Positions 8,419 through 17,255 of a stretch of DNA of 32,000 bases are shown piece by piece. Position 1 is the first letter of the stretch. The number at the start of each line of letters is the position of its first letter. A program made the position numbers and the translations under genes. The notes under the pieces are model-generated. The model was given only the letters and a program-made list of their open reading frames with translations, was not told the DNA's origin and ran no database searches. Origin of the DNA: Coprobacillaceae bacterium (GTDB taxonomy: Bacteria > Bacillota_I > Bacilli_A > Erysipelotrichales > Coprobacillaceae); the NCBI GenBank assembly GCA_963675515.1, contig OY776328.1, positions 630,001 to 662,000 on the forward strand, written 5' to 3'.

Positions 8419-9374
8419 AATATACGTTTAATAGTGTGTTTGCTTCGGATATTGTGGCATATGTAAAGCTACGCAGTTCACTCGGTAATGAAGAAGATAC
8501 TTATGCCAGAAGATTACAAGATTTTGACCACTTTTGCTTCGAAAAATATCCAGATGAAGAAAACCTGACCCAAGAATTGGCAGAGGACTGGTGTACATTA
8601 AGATCTAATGAAAAAACAAGTACCTTGCAGTTGCGGTCAGGAATTCTCAAGGACTTTGCAAGATATCTTGTAACACTTGGGAAAACGGCATATGTTATTC
8701 CAGAAGGATTTGCTGGAAAGAGAAGTCCTTTTATTCCATATCTTTATACTGAGGATGAATTGAAAATATTTTTTGAGAGTGCAGATACGCTTCCGCCACA
8801 CAAACTTTCTCCATTTCGAGAGTATGTGATACCTGTTATCTTTAGAATGCTTTACTGCTGTGGTCTTAGACCACAAGAAGTTCGTCATCTCACTGTTGAA
8901 CAGGTTGATCTTAATGAAGGAATTCTATATATTTGTGATTCGAAGAGAAATAAAGACCGTCAAGTTGCTATGTCTGATGATTTGACATACTTATGTACCC
9001 GTTATGAAAAGGTTATAAGCGAAAATATTCATTTGAGGAGGTATTTCTTTGAAAATCCTAATGGCGGTGAATACTCGGCCGCATGGATACAGCATCAGTT
9101 CTTTAAATGCTGGAAGCATGCTGGCATAACTTTTGACAAATCTCATCGTCCCCGAGTATGCGATTTTCGCCATAATTTCGCCACTCACAAGATAATTCAG
9201 TGGATGAATGACGGGCTTGATATAATGAACCTACTTCCATATTTAAGTACATATATGGGGCACGAATCCATAGAATACACTGCCTATTATATTCACCTAG
9301 TACCGGCTCATTTGAAATCTTCAGAATTGATTAACTGGAACTGTAATGTAGAGGTGCCTACCTATGAAGATTAA
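8415..9374 (+). CDS. ritB: Tyrosine recombinase, second of trio (RitB position)
   Basis: ATGA overlap with the ritA stop. 319 aa. LRPQEVRHL, DFRHNFATH and YMGHESIEYTAYYIHL motifs. Confidence 0.85.
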   Translation: MKYTFNSVFASDIVAYVKLRSSLGNEEDTYARRLQDFDHFCFEKYPDEENLTQELAEDWCTLRSNEKTSTLQLRSGILKDFARYLVTLGKTAYVIPEGFAGKRSPFIPYLYTEDELKIFFESADTLPPHKLSPFREYVIPVIFRMLYCCGLRPQEVRHLTVEQVDLNEGILYICDSKRNKDRQVAMSDDLTYLCTRYEKVISENIHLRRYFFENPNGGEYSAAWIQHQFFKCWKHAGITFDKSHRPRVCDFRHNFATHKIIQWMNDGLDIMNLLPYLSTYMGHESIEYTAYYIHLVPAHLKSSELINWNCNVEVPTYED

Positions 9375-10404
9375 GGATAAACGGCTCTTCGAGTTAATTA
9401 AAGAATATTTAACCATTTATCTGCCACTGCAAAAGAATGTCAGTAGTAATACCAGTAAATCGTATCGACAAGTATTAAACCAATTTATGGATTTTCTTTG
9501 CCAATACCAAAGCAAGTCATTGAAAGACATAGGCTTTGACGATTTTTCAGGTGACAATGTCAATTCATTTTTGCAGTGGCTTGAAGATACTCATAATTGT
9601 GGATTTTCTACAATTAATCATCATCTTTCAGTTATTCGTGTATTTTTAAAATATGCAGGTATGAAGGACCATGTATATAATGATTATTATCTTTCGGCCT
9701 GCAAAGTTGCAAGACGCAAAACAGAGAAACGACTTACTGTTGATCATTTCAGCGAAGCTTCGCTTGCTGCGATATTACAAGAGCCGGATGCAAAAACCAG
9801 AATCGGTCATCGCGATCTGTTTTTCATGATCCTACTTTACGATACTGCAGCCAGAGATAGAGAAATTTTGGATTTGCATACTCAGGATGTCATAACAAAT
9901 GTATCTGTTCATTATATAATAATCCATGGTAAAGGTGACAAAATAAGAACCGTTCCCATTATGGATGAAACGGTTTTACATTTCAAAAGCTACATGAGAA
10001 GATTTCATCCAGAACCAAAAGATAAAAGTTTTCTTTTTTATACAGTAATCCATGGTGAAAAGCATCCCATGTCAGATGATAATGTTGAAAGATTCGTCAA
10101 AAAGTATGCTACGTTAGCTCAAAAAAAGTGTCAGGAGGTTCCTAACCGAGTAACCCCGCATATGTTCAGGCATAGTCGGGCACTTCACTTGTATCGGAAA
10201 GGCGTACCGCTCCCACTTATATCAGAATGGCTTGGACATTCCAATGTTGAAACAACATTAATTTATGCTTACGCCGATACTGAGATGAAAAGAATAGCTA
10301 TAGAGAAAGCAACTGACAAGAATCATCCTATTCGTAACACAAAACGCTTTAATATATCAGAACTTGATGATGATACAATCAAGAAGCTCTATGGACTGAA
10401 ATAA
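9364..10404 (+). CDS. ritC: Tyrosine recombinase, third of trio (RitC position)
   Basis: Overlaps the ritB end by 11 nt. 346 aa. ARDREILDL, HMFRHSRALHL and WLGHSNVETTLIYAYA motifs. Confidence 0.85.
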   Translation: MKIKDKRLFELIKEYLTIYLPLQKNVSSNTSKSYRQVLNQFMDFLCQYQSKSLKDIGFDDFSGDNVNSFLQWLEDTHNCGFSTINHHLSVIRVFLKYAGMKDHVYNDYYLSACKVARRKTEKRLTVDHFSEASLAAILQEPDAKTRIGHRDLFFMILLYDTAARDREILDLHTQDVITNVSVHYIIIHGKGDKIRTVPIMDETVLHFKSYMRRFHPEPKDKSFLFYTVIHGEKHPMSDDNVERFVKKYATLAQKKCQEVPNRVTPHMFRHSRALHLYRKGVPLPLISEWLGHSNVETTLIYAYADTEMKRIAIEKATDKNHPIRNTKRFNISELDDDTIKKLYGLK

Positions 10405-10411
10405 TTTACCC

Positions 10412-10500
10412 ATAAGTTATTCCGATGTTTTGTAAAATTAACGCAGTAAAATCAGGCAATAGATAGAAATATCGGAATAACTATTTTATCGGAATAATCG
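10412..10500. repeat. RIT right terminal inverted repeat (89 bp)
   Basis: Exact reverse complement of 7024-7112. Confidence 0.95.
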
Positions 10501-10528
10501 GTATTATCCCGATGTCGGGATAATACCG
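10499..10528. other. Perfect 12-6-12 palindrome abutting the right TIR (candidate recombinase core or target site)
   Basis: CGGTATTATCCC GATGTC GGGATAATACCG. The arms contain a 9/10 match to the TIR 10-mer TTATTCCGAT. Confidence 0.5.
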
Positions 10529-11184
10529 AGACAACTTACCTGGGAACTCCGGATAATCCAAGTGAATTCAAGAATATCCTGGACAATGCGATATCCCAAG
10601 GAAAAATCAAACCGATGATCATCGTTTGCCCGACCTACAACAACACAAGTCCATCGGACAGTGGCGACTATAATCTGGCAATCGAGCTAACAAGAAATTA
10701 CCATAATGAATTGGTCAATGATTTGATTCCGGCAGTTGAAGGTGAATACAGTCCCTATGCAGGTGCAACCACAACCGAAGATTTGAAGGCATCCAGGGAC
10801 CACCGGGCTTTTTGTGGCTTTTCAATGGGTTCGGTGGCGACTTGGCGAACGTTTGAGAACTGTCTCGATTACTTCAGATATTTCTTCCCGTCATCCGGCA
10901 GTTCGACTGCAAACGGCGGATATCTGGCTTCAGTCGTAACGGAATCCGGGCATGACTGGGATGATTTTTTCATTTTTGCCGCATCAGGTACCGCAGATTT
11001 TGCCTACGCTTCATTCAAGCGGCAAATTGAATCGATGGCGGCGCAAAGTGATGGAGTTTTCCGCTATGGCGACAACGAAGCAAAGGCCAATCTCTGGTTT
11101 CTGGAAAAAGAAGGCGGAACTCATGGCCGATCGGATGCGCTGCTGTATTTTTACAACGCCTTATGCTGGATATGGACTGAATGA
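10501..11184 (+). pseudogene. Lipoprotein esterase, C-terminal part
   Basis: Frame 1 is open from 10498. ...TTYLGTPDNPSEFKNILDNAISQGKIKPMIIVCPTYNN...FCGFSMGSVATW (GxSxG nucleophile elbow). In frame with 6626-7024 once the RIT element is removed. Confidence 0.75.
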
Positions 11185-11204
11185 TTAAAGAAAGCAGGAA
11201 AAAC

Positions 11205-11669
11205 ATGGAAAATACAAAGAAAATATTATTTATAAATGGCAGTCCCAATAAACATGGAAATACAGCAAGATTGGCGAATACAATGTTGGGTGGGGTCGAA
11301 TACGAGACTATTAATCTGGTGGACTACAGAATTTACAGTTATGGTCAAAGTTTTGTTGACGACCAGTTCGAAGAGGTTGTAGCTAAAATCAAGGAGGCGC
11401 ATACAGTTGTATTCGGTTCTCCTTTGTACTGGCACAACATCTGTGGATCAGTCCGGAACTTTCTTGACCGTTGCTATGGACCGATACCGCAAGGCTCTCT
11501 TTCGGGAAGAAAACTTGTCTTCATTTTCCAGGGGGCCGCTCCAGAAAAATGGATGATGGAAGCAGGCGAATATACGATGAACCGATTTGCGAAGCTTTAT
11601 GGCTTCGAATATCTGGGTATGGCAACGGACACCAAAAGTGCGAAAATGATTTCAAGCAAAATTGGATAA
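11205..11669 (+). CDS. Flavodoxin-like NAD(P)H-dependent FMN reductase family protein
   Basis: MENTKKILFINGSPNKHGNTARL...VVFGSPLYWHNICG, typical of the NADPH-dependent FMN reductase/flavodoxin_2 fold. The start is uncertain (ATG at 11181 or 11205). Confidence 0.75.
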   Translation: MENTKKILFINGSPNKHGNTARLANTMLGGVEYETINLVDYRIYSYGQSFVDDQFEEVVAKIKEAHTVVFGSPLYWHNICGSVRNFLDRCYGPIPQGSLSGRKLVFIFQGAAPEKWMMEAGEYTMNRFAKLYGFEYLGMATDTKSAKMISSKIG

Positions 11670-11676
11670 ACTGGAA

Positions 11677-12753
11677 ATGAACAATAAGACCTTGAAAACA
11701 AACTTATTCAGGTCGATATTGGTGTTGCAAATAATTGCGGCATTATGTGGATGTGCGAATCAAGACCAAAGGGCAAATGGCGATAATTTGATTCCGGACC
11801 CGAATGGAGAATCGCAAATAGACGCAAATTATGTGACTGGAGAATCAGGAGGCGATGATATGAAGTTTGAACTTTTTACTGAAAATTCAACTGTTGCACA
11901 AGTTATCAATGAACCGGAATTTGAAGATTTTGGAAGGTTGATTTTTCCGGTCGATCTGAATATATCAGGCTCGATGACGCTCAAGCAGGTTTCCGGTAGC
12001 AGTGTTTATATGTGGTATTCGAACATCAAGTCTGAAAAGACTGTCGAGATTATAAATTATCTCAAAAATGAACGGATGAAGGGTAATAAGATATTCTACA
12101 ATATCTACTCGGATCAGCAGATTGCAAAGGATCCATCCAAAAGGGATACCGGGCTGTTTTTCTTTCGAGGTGAGCCTGGCAAGGAATTCGCGATAAATAA
12201 TGCGGGTGGGGGATTTTATTATGTGGGTGCCATGCATGACAGTTTTCCCCATGCGCTTGAAATATGCAAGAACAGTTATAATGCTTTTGCTTTGATTTAC
12301 CGGCCCGGCCAGGCTTATGAAGACCTTGGCCAAGCAATCAGTTTTATCTATGACCATGCCGAAGAACTCCAGGTAAGTCGGGATAACTATTCGCTTTGGG
12401 GCGGGTCAGCCGGAGCCCGGATGGCGGCTGTCTTAGGGAATTCAAGTTACCTAAAACAGTATACGCGCCGAAACGACATTCCTCAAAGCGGCGCTGTGGT
12501 AATGCAGTACACCGGTTACAGCCGGGTTTCAAGCGGTGATGCGCCGACCTATTCATGTGTCGGGACAAGGGATGGAATTGCCAGTTGGAAAACTATGCAA
12601 AATCGCCTGGAGCGGCTCGAATCGCTGGGAATCCCCACTGAGTTTCAAGTCTACAATGGATTGAGTCATGGATTCGGTCTGGGGACCGGAACGGTGGCCG
12701 ATGGCTGGATAAATGATGCCATCGCGTTCTGGAAGAAGCAAATTGAGAATTAG
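11677..12753 (+). CDS. Secreted/lipoprotein alpha/beta hydrolase (esterase/lipase)
   Basis: Signal peptide ...LQIIAALCGCANQ. LWGGSAGARMAA (GxSxG). C-terminal ...SHGFGLG. The start could instead be the TTG at 11662. Confidence 0.75.
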   Translation: MNNKTLKTNLFRSILVLQIIAALCGCANQDQRANGDNLIPDPNGESQIDANYVTGESGGDDMKFELFTENSTVAQVINEPEFEDFGRLIFPVDLNISGSMTLKQVSGSSVYMWYSNIKSEKTVEIINYLKNERMKGNKIFYNIYSDQQIAKDPSKRDTGLFFFRGEPGKEFAINNAGGGFYYVGAMHDSFPHALEICKNSYNAFALIYRPGQAYEDLGQAISFIYDHAEELQVSRDNYSLWGGSAGARMAAVLGNSSYLKQYTRRNDIPQSGAVVMQYTGYSRVSSGDAPTYSCVGTRDGIASWKTMQNRLERLESLGIPTEFQVYNGLSHGFGLGTGTVADGWINDAIAFWKKQIEN

Positions 12754-12783
12754 AGTTGTTGTTCAAAATAAGATTTCATCCGA

Positions 12784-12820
12784 CCGTAGCTGACCCCCAT
12801 CAGTTGCGGTTTTGTTTTTC
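12784..12820 (+). terminator. Rho-independent terminator
   Basis: CCGTAGCTGA (12784-12793) pairs with TCAGTTGCGG (12800-12809) with two G-U pairs, followed by TTTTGTTTTT. Confidence 0.55.
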
Positions 12821-12875
12821 CTGAATATTTCAATGATCTGATTGGCGAGTTGTAATAGGTGGTCTTGGAAATATG

Positions 12876-12919
12876 AAAAGACATCAATTTCGGGGTTTGA
12901 CCAAATTCGATGTCTTTTC
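12876..12919. terminator. Long hairpin between convergent genes (probable terminator for merR)
   Basis: AAAAGACATC (12876-12885) pairs perfectly with GATGTCTTTT (12910-12919). The helix is extended by AATTT/AAATT. Confidence 0.5.
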
Positions 12920-12944
12920 ATTAATTGTGGAAAATAGGTGGGAT

Positions 12945-13343
12945 TTAGTTGTTGGTGTTGATCAGGTTGCTCTCGTATTCTATTTCGCCGCTTAGGACTC
13001 TGTCGTAAAAATCCTGCTTGTTGTCGATATAATCGATTGATTCGGTGATGTCCTGAAGTTGGACGAGCAACAATTTTTTGGTGGCTTCAAGCATTACTTT
13101 TCTTTCTGGGATTGAATCCTGGCCTTCAAGACAGTATTCCATGTAAAGTTTCATATCCTTGAGGCTCATGCCGCATTTACGCAAACACTGCAACCCTTTC
13201 AGCCAGGCTACATTGTTATCATCAAAATTGCGGTAGTTGTTCTTGTCCCTTTTGACAAAGGGAACCAGCCCTTCCTTGCAGTAAAATTTTAAAGTTTCAT
13301 AACTTATTCCGGTCTGATCACAGACTTGTTTCATTGTGTACAT
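12945..13343 (-). CDS. MerR-family transcriptional regulator
   Basis: MYTMKQVCDQTGISYETLKFYCKEGLVPFVKRDKNNYRNFDDNNVAWLKGLQCLRKCGMSLKDMK is the MerR wHTH plus coiled coil. GGAGGA RBS 6 nt before the ATG at 13343. Confidence 0.88.
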   Translation of the reverse strand: MYTMKQVCDQTGISYETLKFYCKEGLVPFVKRDKNNYRNFDDNNVAWLKGLQCLRKCGMSLKDMKLYMEYCLEGQDSIPERKVMLEATKKLLLVQLQDITESIDYIDNKQDFYDRVLSGEIEYESNLINTNN

Positions 13344-13384
13344 TTTTTTCCTCCATATTACTTCATTTTTTTGACAAAAAGATA

Positions 13385-13415
13385 TTGACCGGTAGTTGCT
13401 ACCGGGATCTATAAT
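13385..13415 (+). promoter_or_regulatory. MerR-type promoter/operator, copy 2, divergent from merR
   Basis: TTGACC (13385-13390), 19-bp spacer, TATAAT (13410-13415). Perfect dyad CCGGTAG-TTG-CTACCGG (13389-13405). Confidence 0.65.
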
Positions 13416-13578
13416 TATATTGTAAATCAATATGTTAAAAAATACAAGGAGCTAACTATATTTAAATCAAGTGTTTTTTGATAATTAGCTGAATTTATTG
13501 TTAGATTTTTGAAAAGTGAATTTGTGTACACTGAAAACAACCACACAGTGGCCTTGGAATTTATTTTACAGTTGTAAA

Positions 13579-14748
13579 TTATTTGAGTTCCGATTCGTCA
13601 AACGTGATGTTTTCAGATAACAGTTTATAAATTACTCTTATTAGTTTTCTAATCGAATGTCCTTGAGCGCAGCGATGTGATTTACCTTGAGAACGTTTTA
13701 GGTTATAATAACTATTGAAAGTGGAGTTGTGGGTGCATACTGGAAGAATGCATTGGTAAAGTGTCTTTCTCAAATAACGTGAACCACGTTTTGACAAAGC
13801 AGTTTGTGGGGCGTTGTATTCTCCGGATTGATATGTTCCAGGATCAACACCTGCAAAACCGATAACTTTAGCTGGGGAGCTAAAATTGTCGAGATCCCCA
13901 ATTTCACTTAATATTGACATTCCTGAGTATATACCAATGCCAGGGATAGTAAAGATAGGAGAATTTAGTGCGATGGCTAGTTCTTCTATTTTTTTATCCA
14001 CTATTTCCAAGTGCTGCTCAGATAAATCAAGGGATTCAATAAGCATTTTGATTTCCATGGTAATTATTTCGTTGTTCTCGCCGATTGATTGTTTAGCTGC
14101 TTCGCGAATTGCCAAGGCATCAACCTTCACAGTTCTACCTTTTCCTTGTTGCCGCAAGACATTTTTAAGATGAGCAAGATTGGCATTGGCTAGATTGTAT
14201 GAGTTCCCAAACTCTCTTAAAATAGCCATGTAAGCCCGAGAATACTTGGTTTTGAACCAACTGTTTATTTCAGGAATTACGGTATCAATGCACTTTTGAA
14301 GTCTGTTTTTAAGCTGGTTGATATCTTCAGTAAGTGTTGCGTGATACCGGGTAAGTTCTTTGGCTTGTTTCAATGCCAACTTGCGTTTTGTAACCTTGGT
14401 GTAGTTCTTGTCGAACAGCACAGAGCAGATCAGGAAAGTATCTTTCTTATCGTTTTTGGTCTTCCTGATTTTTCCACGACGCTTGGCATCAGTTGTCAAA
14501 GGATTTATCATCCCGACTTCGTAGCTGTTTGATACTAGAAAATTCACGATATTGTCACCGTAGTGACCTGTCGCCTCTAGTCCGACAATATGCCTTGAAG
14601 AATTGAATTTTCTTGTGTTTTTAAGAAATAAGTCAAATCCATTACGGCTATTGGTGAAGAAAAAAGGTTCGACCAACACTTCGCCATTTGAGTCAACAAC
14701 GCAGGCACAGTGTTTGAATTTACCTACGTCAATACCGATGTAATACAT
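13579..14748 (-). CDS. IS110-family transposase/recombinase
   Basis: 389 aa from MYYIGIDVGKFKHCACVVD (RuvC-like DEDD N-domain) to the C-terminal ...SKRGSRYLRKTLYQC...RCAQGHSIRKLIRVIY domain. AAAGGA RBS. The upstream extension in the track (to 14832) precedes the RBS. Confidence 0.9.
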   Translation of the reverse strand: MYYIGIDVGKFKHCACVVDSNGEVLVEPFFFTNSRNGFDLFLKNTRKFNSSRHIVGLEATGHYGDNIVNFLVSNSYEVGMINPLTTDAKRRGKIRKTKNDKKDTFLICSVLFDKNYTKVTKRKLALKQAKELTRYHATLTEDINQLKNRLQKCIDTVIPEINSWFKTKYSRAYMAILREFGNSYNLANANLAHLKNVLRQQGKGRTVKVDALAIREAAKQSIGENNEIITMEIKMLIESLDLSEQHLEIVDKKIEELAIALNSPIFTIPGIGIYSGMSILSEIGDLDNFSSPAKVIGFAGVDPGTYQSGEYNAPQTALSKRGSRYLRKTLYQCILPVCTHNSTFNSYYNLKRSQGKSHRCAQGHSIRKLIRVIYKLLSENITFDESELK

Positions 14749-14964
14749 GATAACACGTCCTTTCGTAATAGGTGAGATGTGATATATCCACATACAAGGT
14801 ATCAAAGATCCTGGTGCAAAATACAAGTTCAAAGACTTATCTAACTAATTTCAATTCAGATACGAAGATGTGGCAATTTCCTCCTCGAGGTAGTCAAGCT
14901 ACAGGAATAAAACATCAAAGTACACATTCACAATTCAATTCTATAACAAAAATAAAAGAAAGGA

Positions 14965-14972
14965 AAATGTAT
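14965..14972. repeat. IS256 target-site duplication, left copy (AAATGTAT)
   Basis: Identical 8-mer at 16340-16347, directly flanking the inverted repeats. Confidence 0.85.
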
Positions 14973-16339
14973 GATAGTGTAAAATATTTTGTGTAAATAG
15001 GATTTCAACTTTTAAGTAGAAAAAAGGGTGCAACCCTTGTAAAATTAGTTCGACGAAAACAATTTACGAGAGGATTACACCCATGAACTATTTTACAACA
15101 ACTTTACTTAGAAGTCTAATATCAAATGATAATAATCTGCCAGCTTTTGAGCAAGTAGTCTCAGAACTTTTCCGGAGCGAATTGGAGAATGCCATCAACG
15201 ATATTTTGAAGTCCGAACTTACCGTTTTTCTTGATTATGAGAAATATGACCGATCTGAGAATTCGAATTCAAGAAATGGCTATTACAACCGCGATTACAA
15301 CACTAAATATGGTGTGTTGAACCTGCGCATACCACGTGACCGTCAAGGGGACTTTGATTCACCGCTGGTCCCTAAATATCAGCGAAACGATCTAGCTACC
15401 ACCAACACTGTCATCGATCTATTTAATTCAGGGATGACCAACAGCGACATTGTAAAAACTGTTGAATCAATCTACGGCAAGAAATACTCCAGATAGACAG
15501 TTTCCAATATTACTAAGGAAATAGTTGCCCATGTTGAAGCCTTTAAAAATCGCCCGTTAAACAAGCAATACGCAGTTGTTTATACCGACGCTACAGTTAT
15601 TCCTTTGCGGCGCGATACCGTGTCTAAAGAGGCGGTTCATATCGCTATAGGAGTGACTCTAGAGGGAACAAAGGAAATACTAGGATATTCAATTGCGCCA
15701 ACCGAATCCGCAACAACATGGCGGGAACTGTTTGAAGAGTTCAAAACACGCGGTTTGGAAGCGGTTGCGTTATTCTGTACTGACGGGCTAACCGGTGTTG
15801 AGAACGCCATTGAAGACACTTTTCCGATGGCCAAAATCCAACGTTGCCTGGTGCATGTTTCAAGAAACATTACAGCCAAAGCAAGAGTGAAAGACCGTAG
15901 TGAGATTGCACAGGATTTTAAGCGAGTTTACAATTGCGAAACTGAAAAAGCGGCGAGTGAAGAGCTTAAGGAGTTCATCACCAAATGGGGGCAAAAATAC
16001 CCAAAAGTGGCAAAATCACTTGAAGAGAATTCAAATCTATTCACTTTCTATTTGTTCCCTGAATCGGTACGCAAGAGCATATATACAACAAACCTGATCG
16101 AAGGTTTCAATAAACAGCTCAAGCGGAAAATCAAGGCTAAAGAACAATTCCCAAATGAGGAAGCTGTGGAGAAATACATCGTTTCGCAATTTGAACAATA
16201 TAACCAAAAATTCATGAACCATACCCATAAGGGATTCAAAGGAATATCTTACGAACGTTGGTTCCTGCTAGAAGAAGAATAACCAAGATGATCAGTAAGA
16301 ACTAATTTTACAAATTTACACAAAAATATTGACACTACC
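14973..16339 (+). mobile_element. IS256-family insertion sequence, 1367 bp
   Basis: IRL GATAGTGTAAAATATTTTGTGTAAAT (14973-14998) against the reverse complement of IRR (16314-16339), GGTAGTGTCAATATTTTTGTGTAAAT, gives 21/26 matches. 8-bp direct repeats flank the element, and it carries an IS256-type transposase. Confidence 0.9.
15083..16282 (+). pseudogene. IS256-family transposase interrupted by an in-frame TAG
   Basis: ORFs 15083-15496 and 15605-16282 are in the same frame. ...SIYGKKYSR*TVSNITKEIVAHVEAFKNRPL... reads through a single TAG at 15494-15496. Confidence 0.85.
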
Positions 16340-16347
16340 AAATGTAT
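16340..16347. repeat. IS256 target-site duplication, right copy (AAATGTAT)
   Basis: Identical to 14965-14972. Confidence 0.85.
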
Positions 16348-16370
16348 ATCATAAATTGACTACTAGATAA

Positions 16371-17243
<873 letters not shown>

Positions 17244-17255
17244 AAAGGAGTCATC

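Larger units (their letters stand above)
7024..10500 (+). mobile_element. Recombinase-in-trio (RIT) element, 3477 bp
   Basis: Three tandem overlapping tyrosine recombinase genes between perfect 89-bp inverted repeats. It interrupts the esterase ORF, and joining 7024 to 10501 restores the frame. Confidence 0.85.
13439..14972 (-). mobile_element. IS110-family insertion sequence (ends not resolved)
   Basis: DEDD-type IS110 transposase with about 130 nt of non-coding sequence 3' and at least 224 nt 5' of it. No terminal inverted repeats, as usual for this family. The limits given are the outermost plausible ones (10-bp repeat at 13439; IS256 junction at 14972). Confidence 0.45.
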
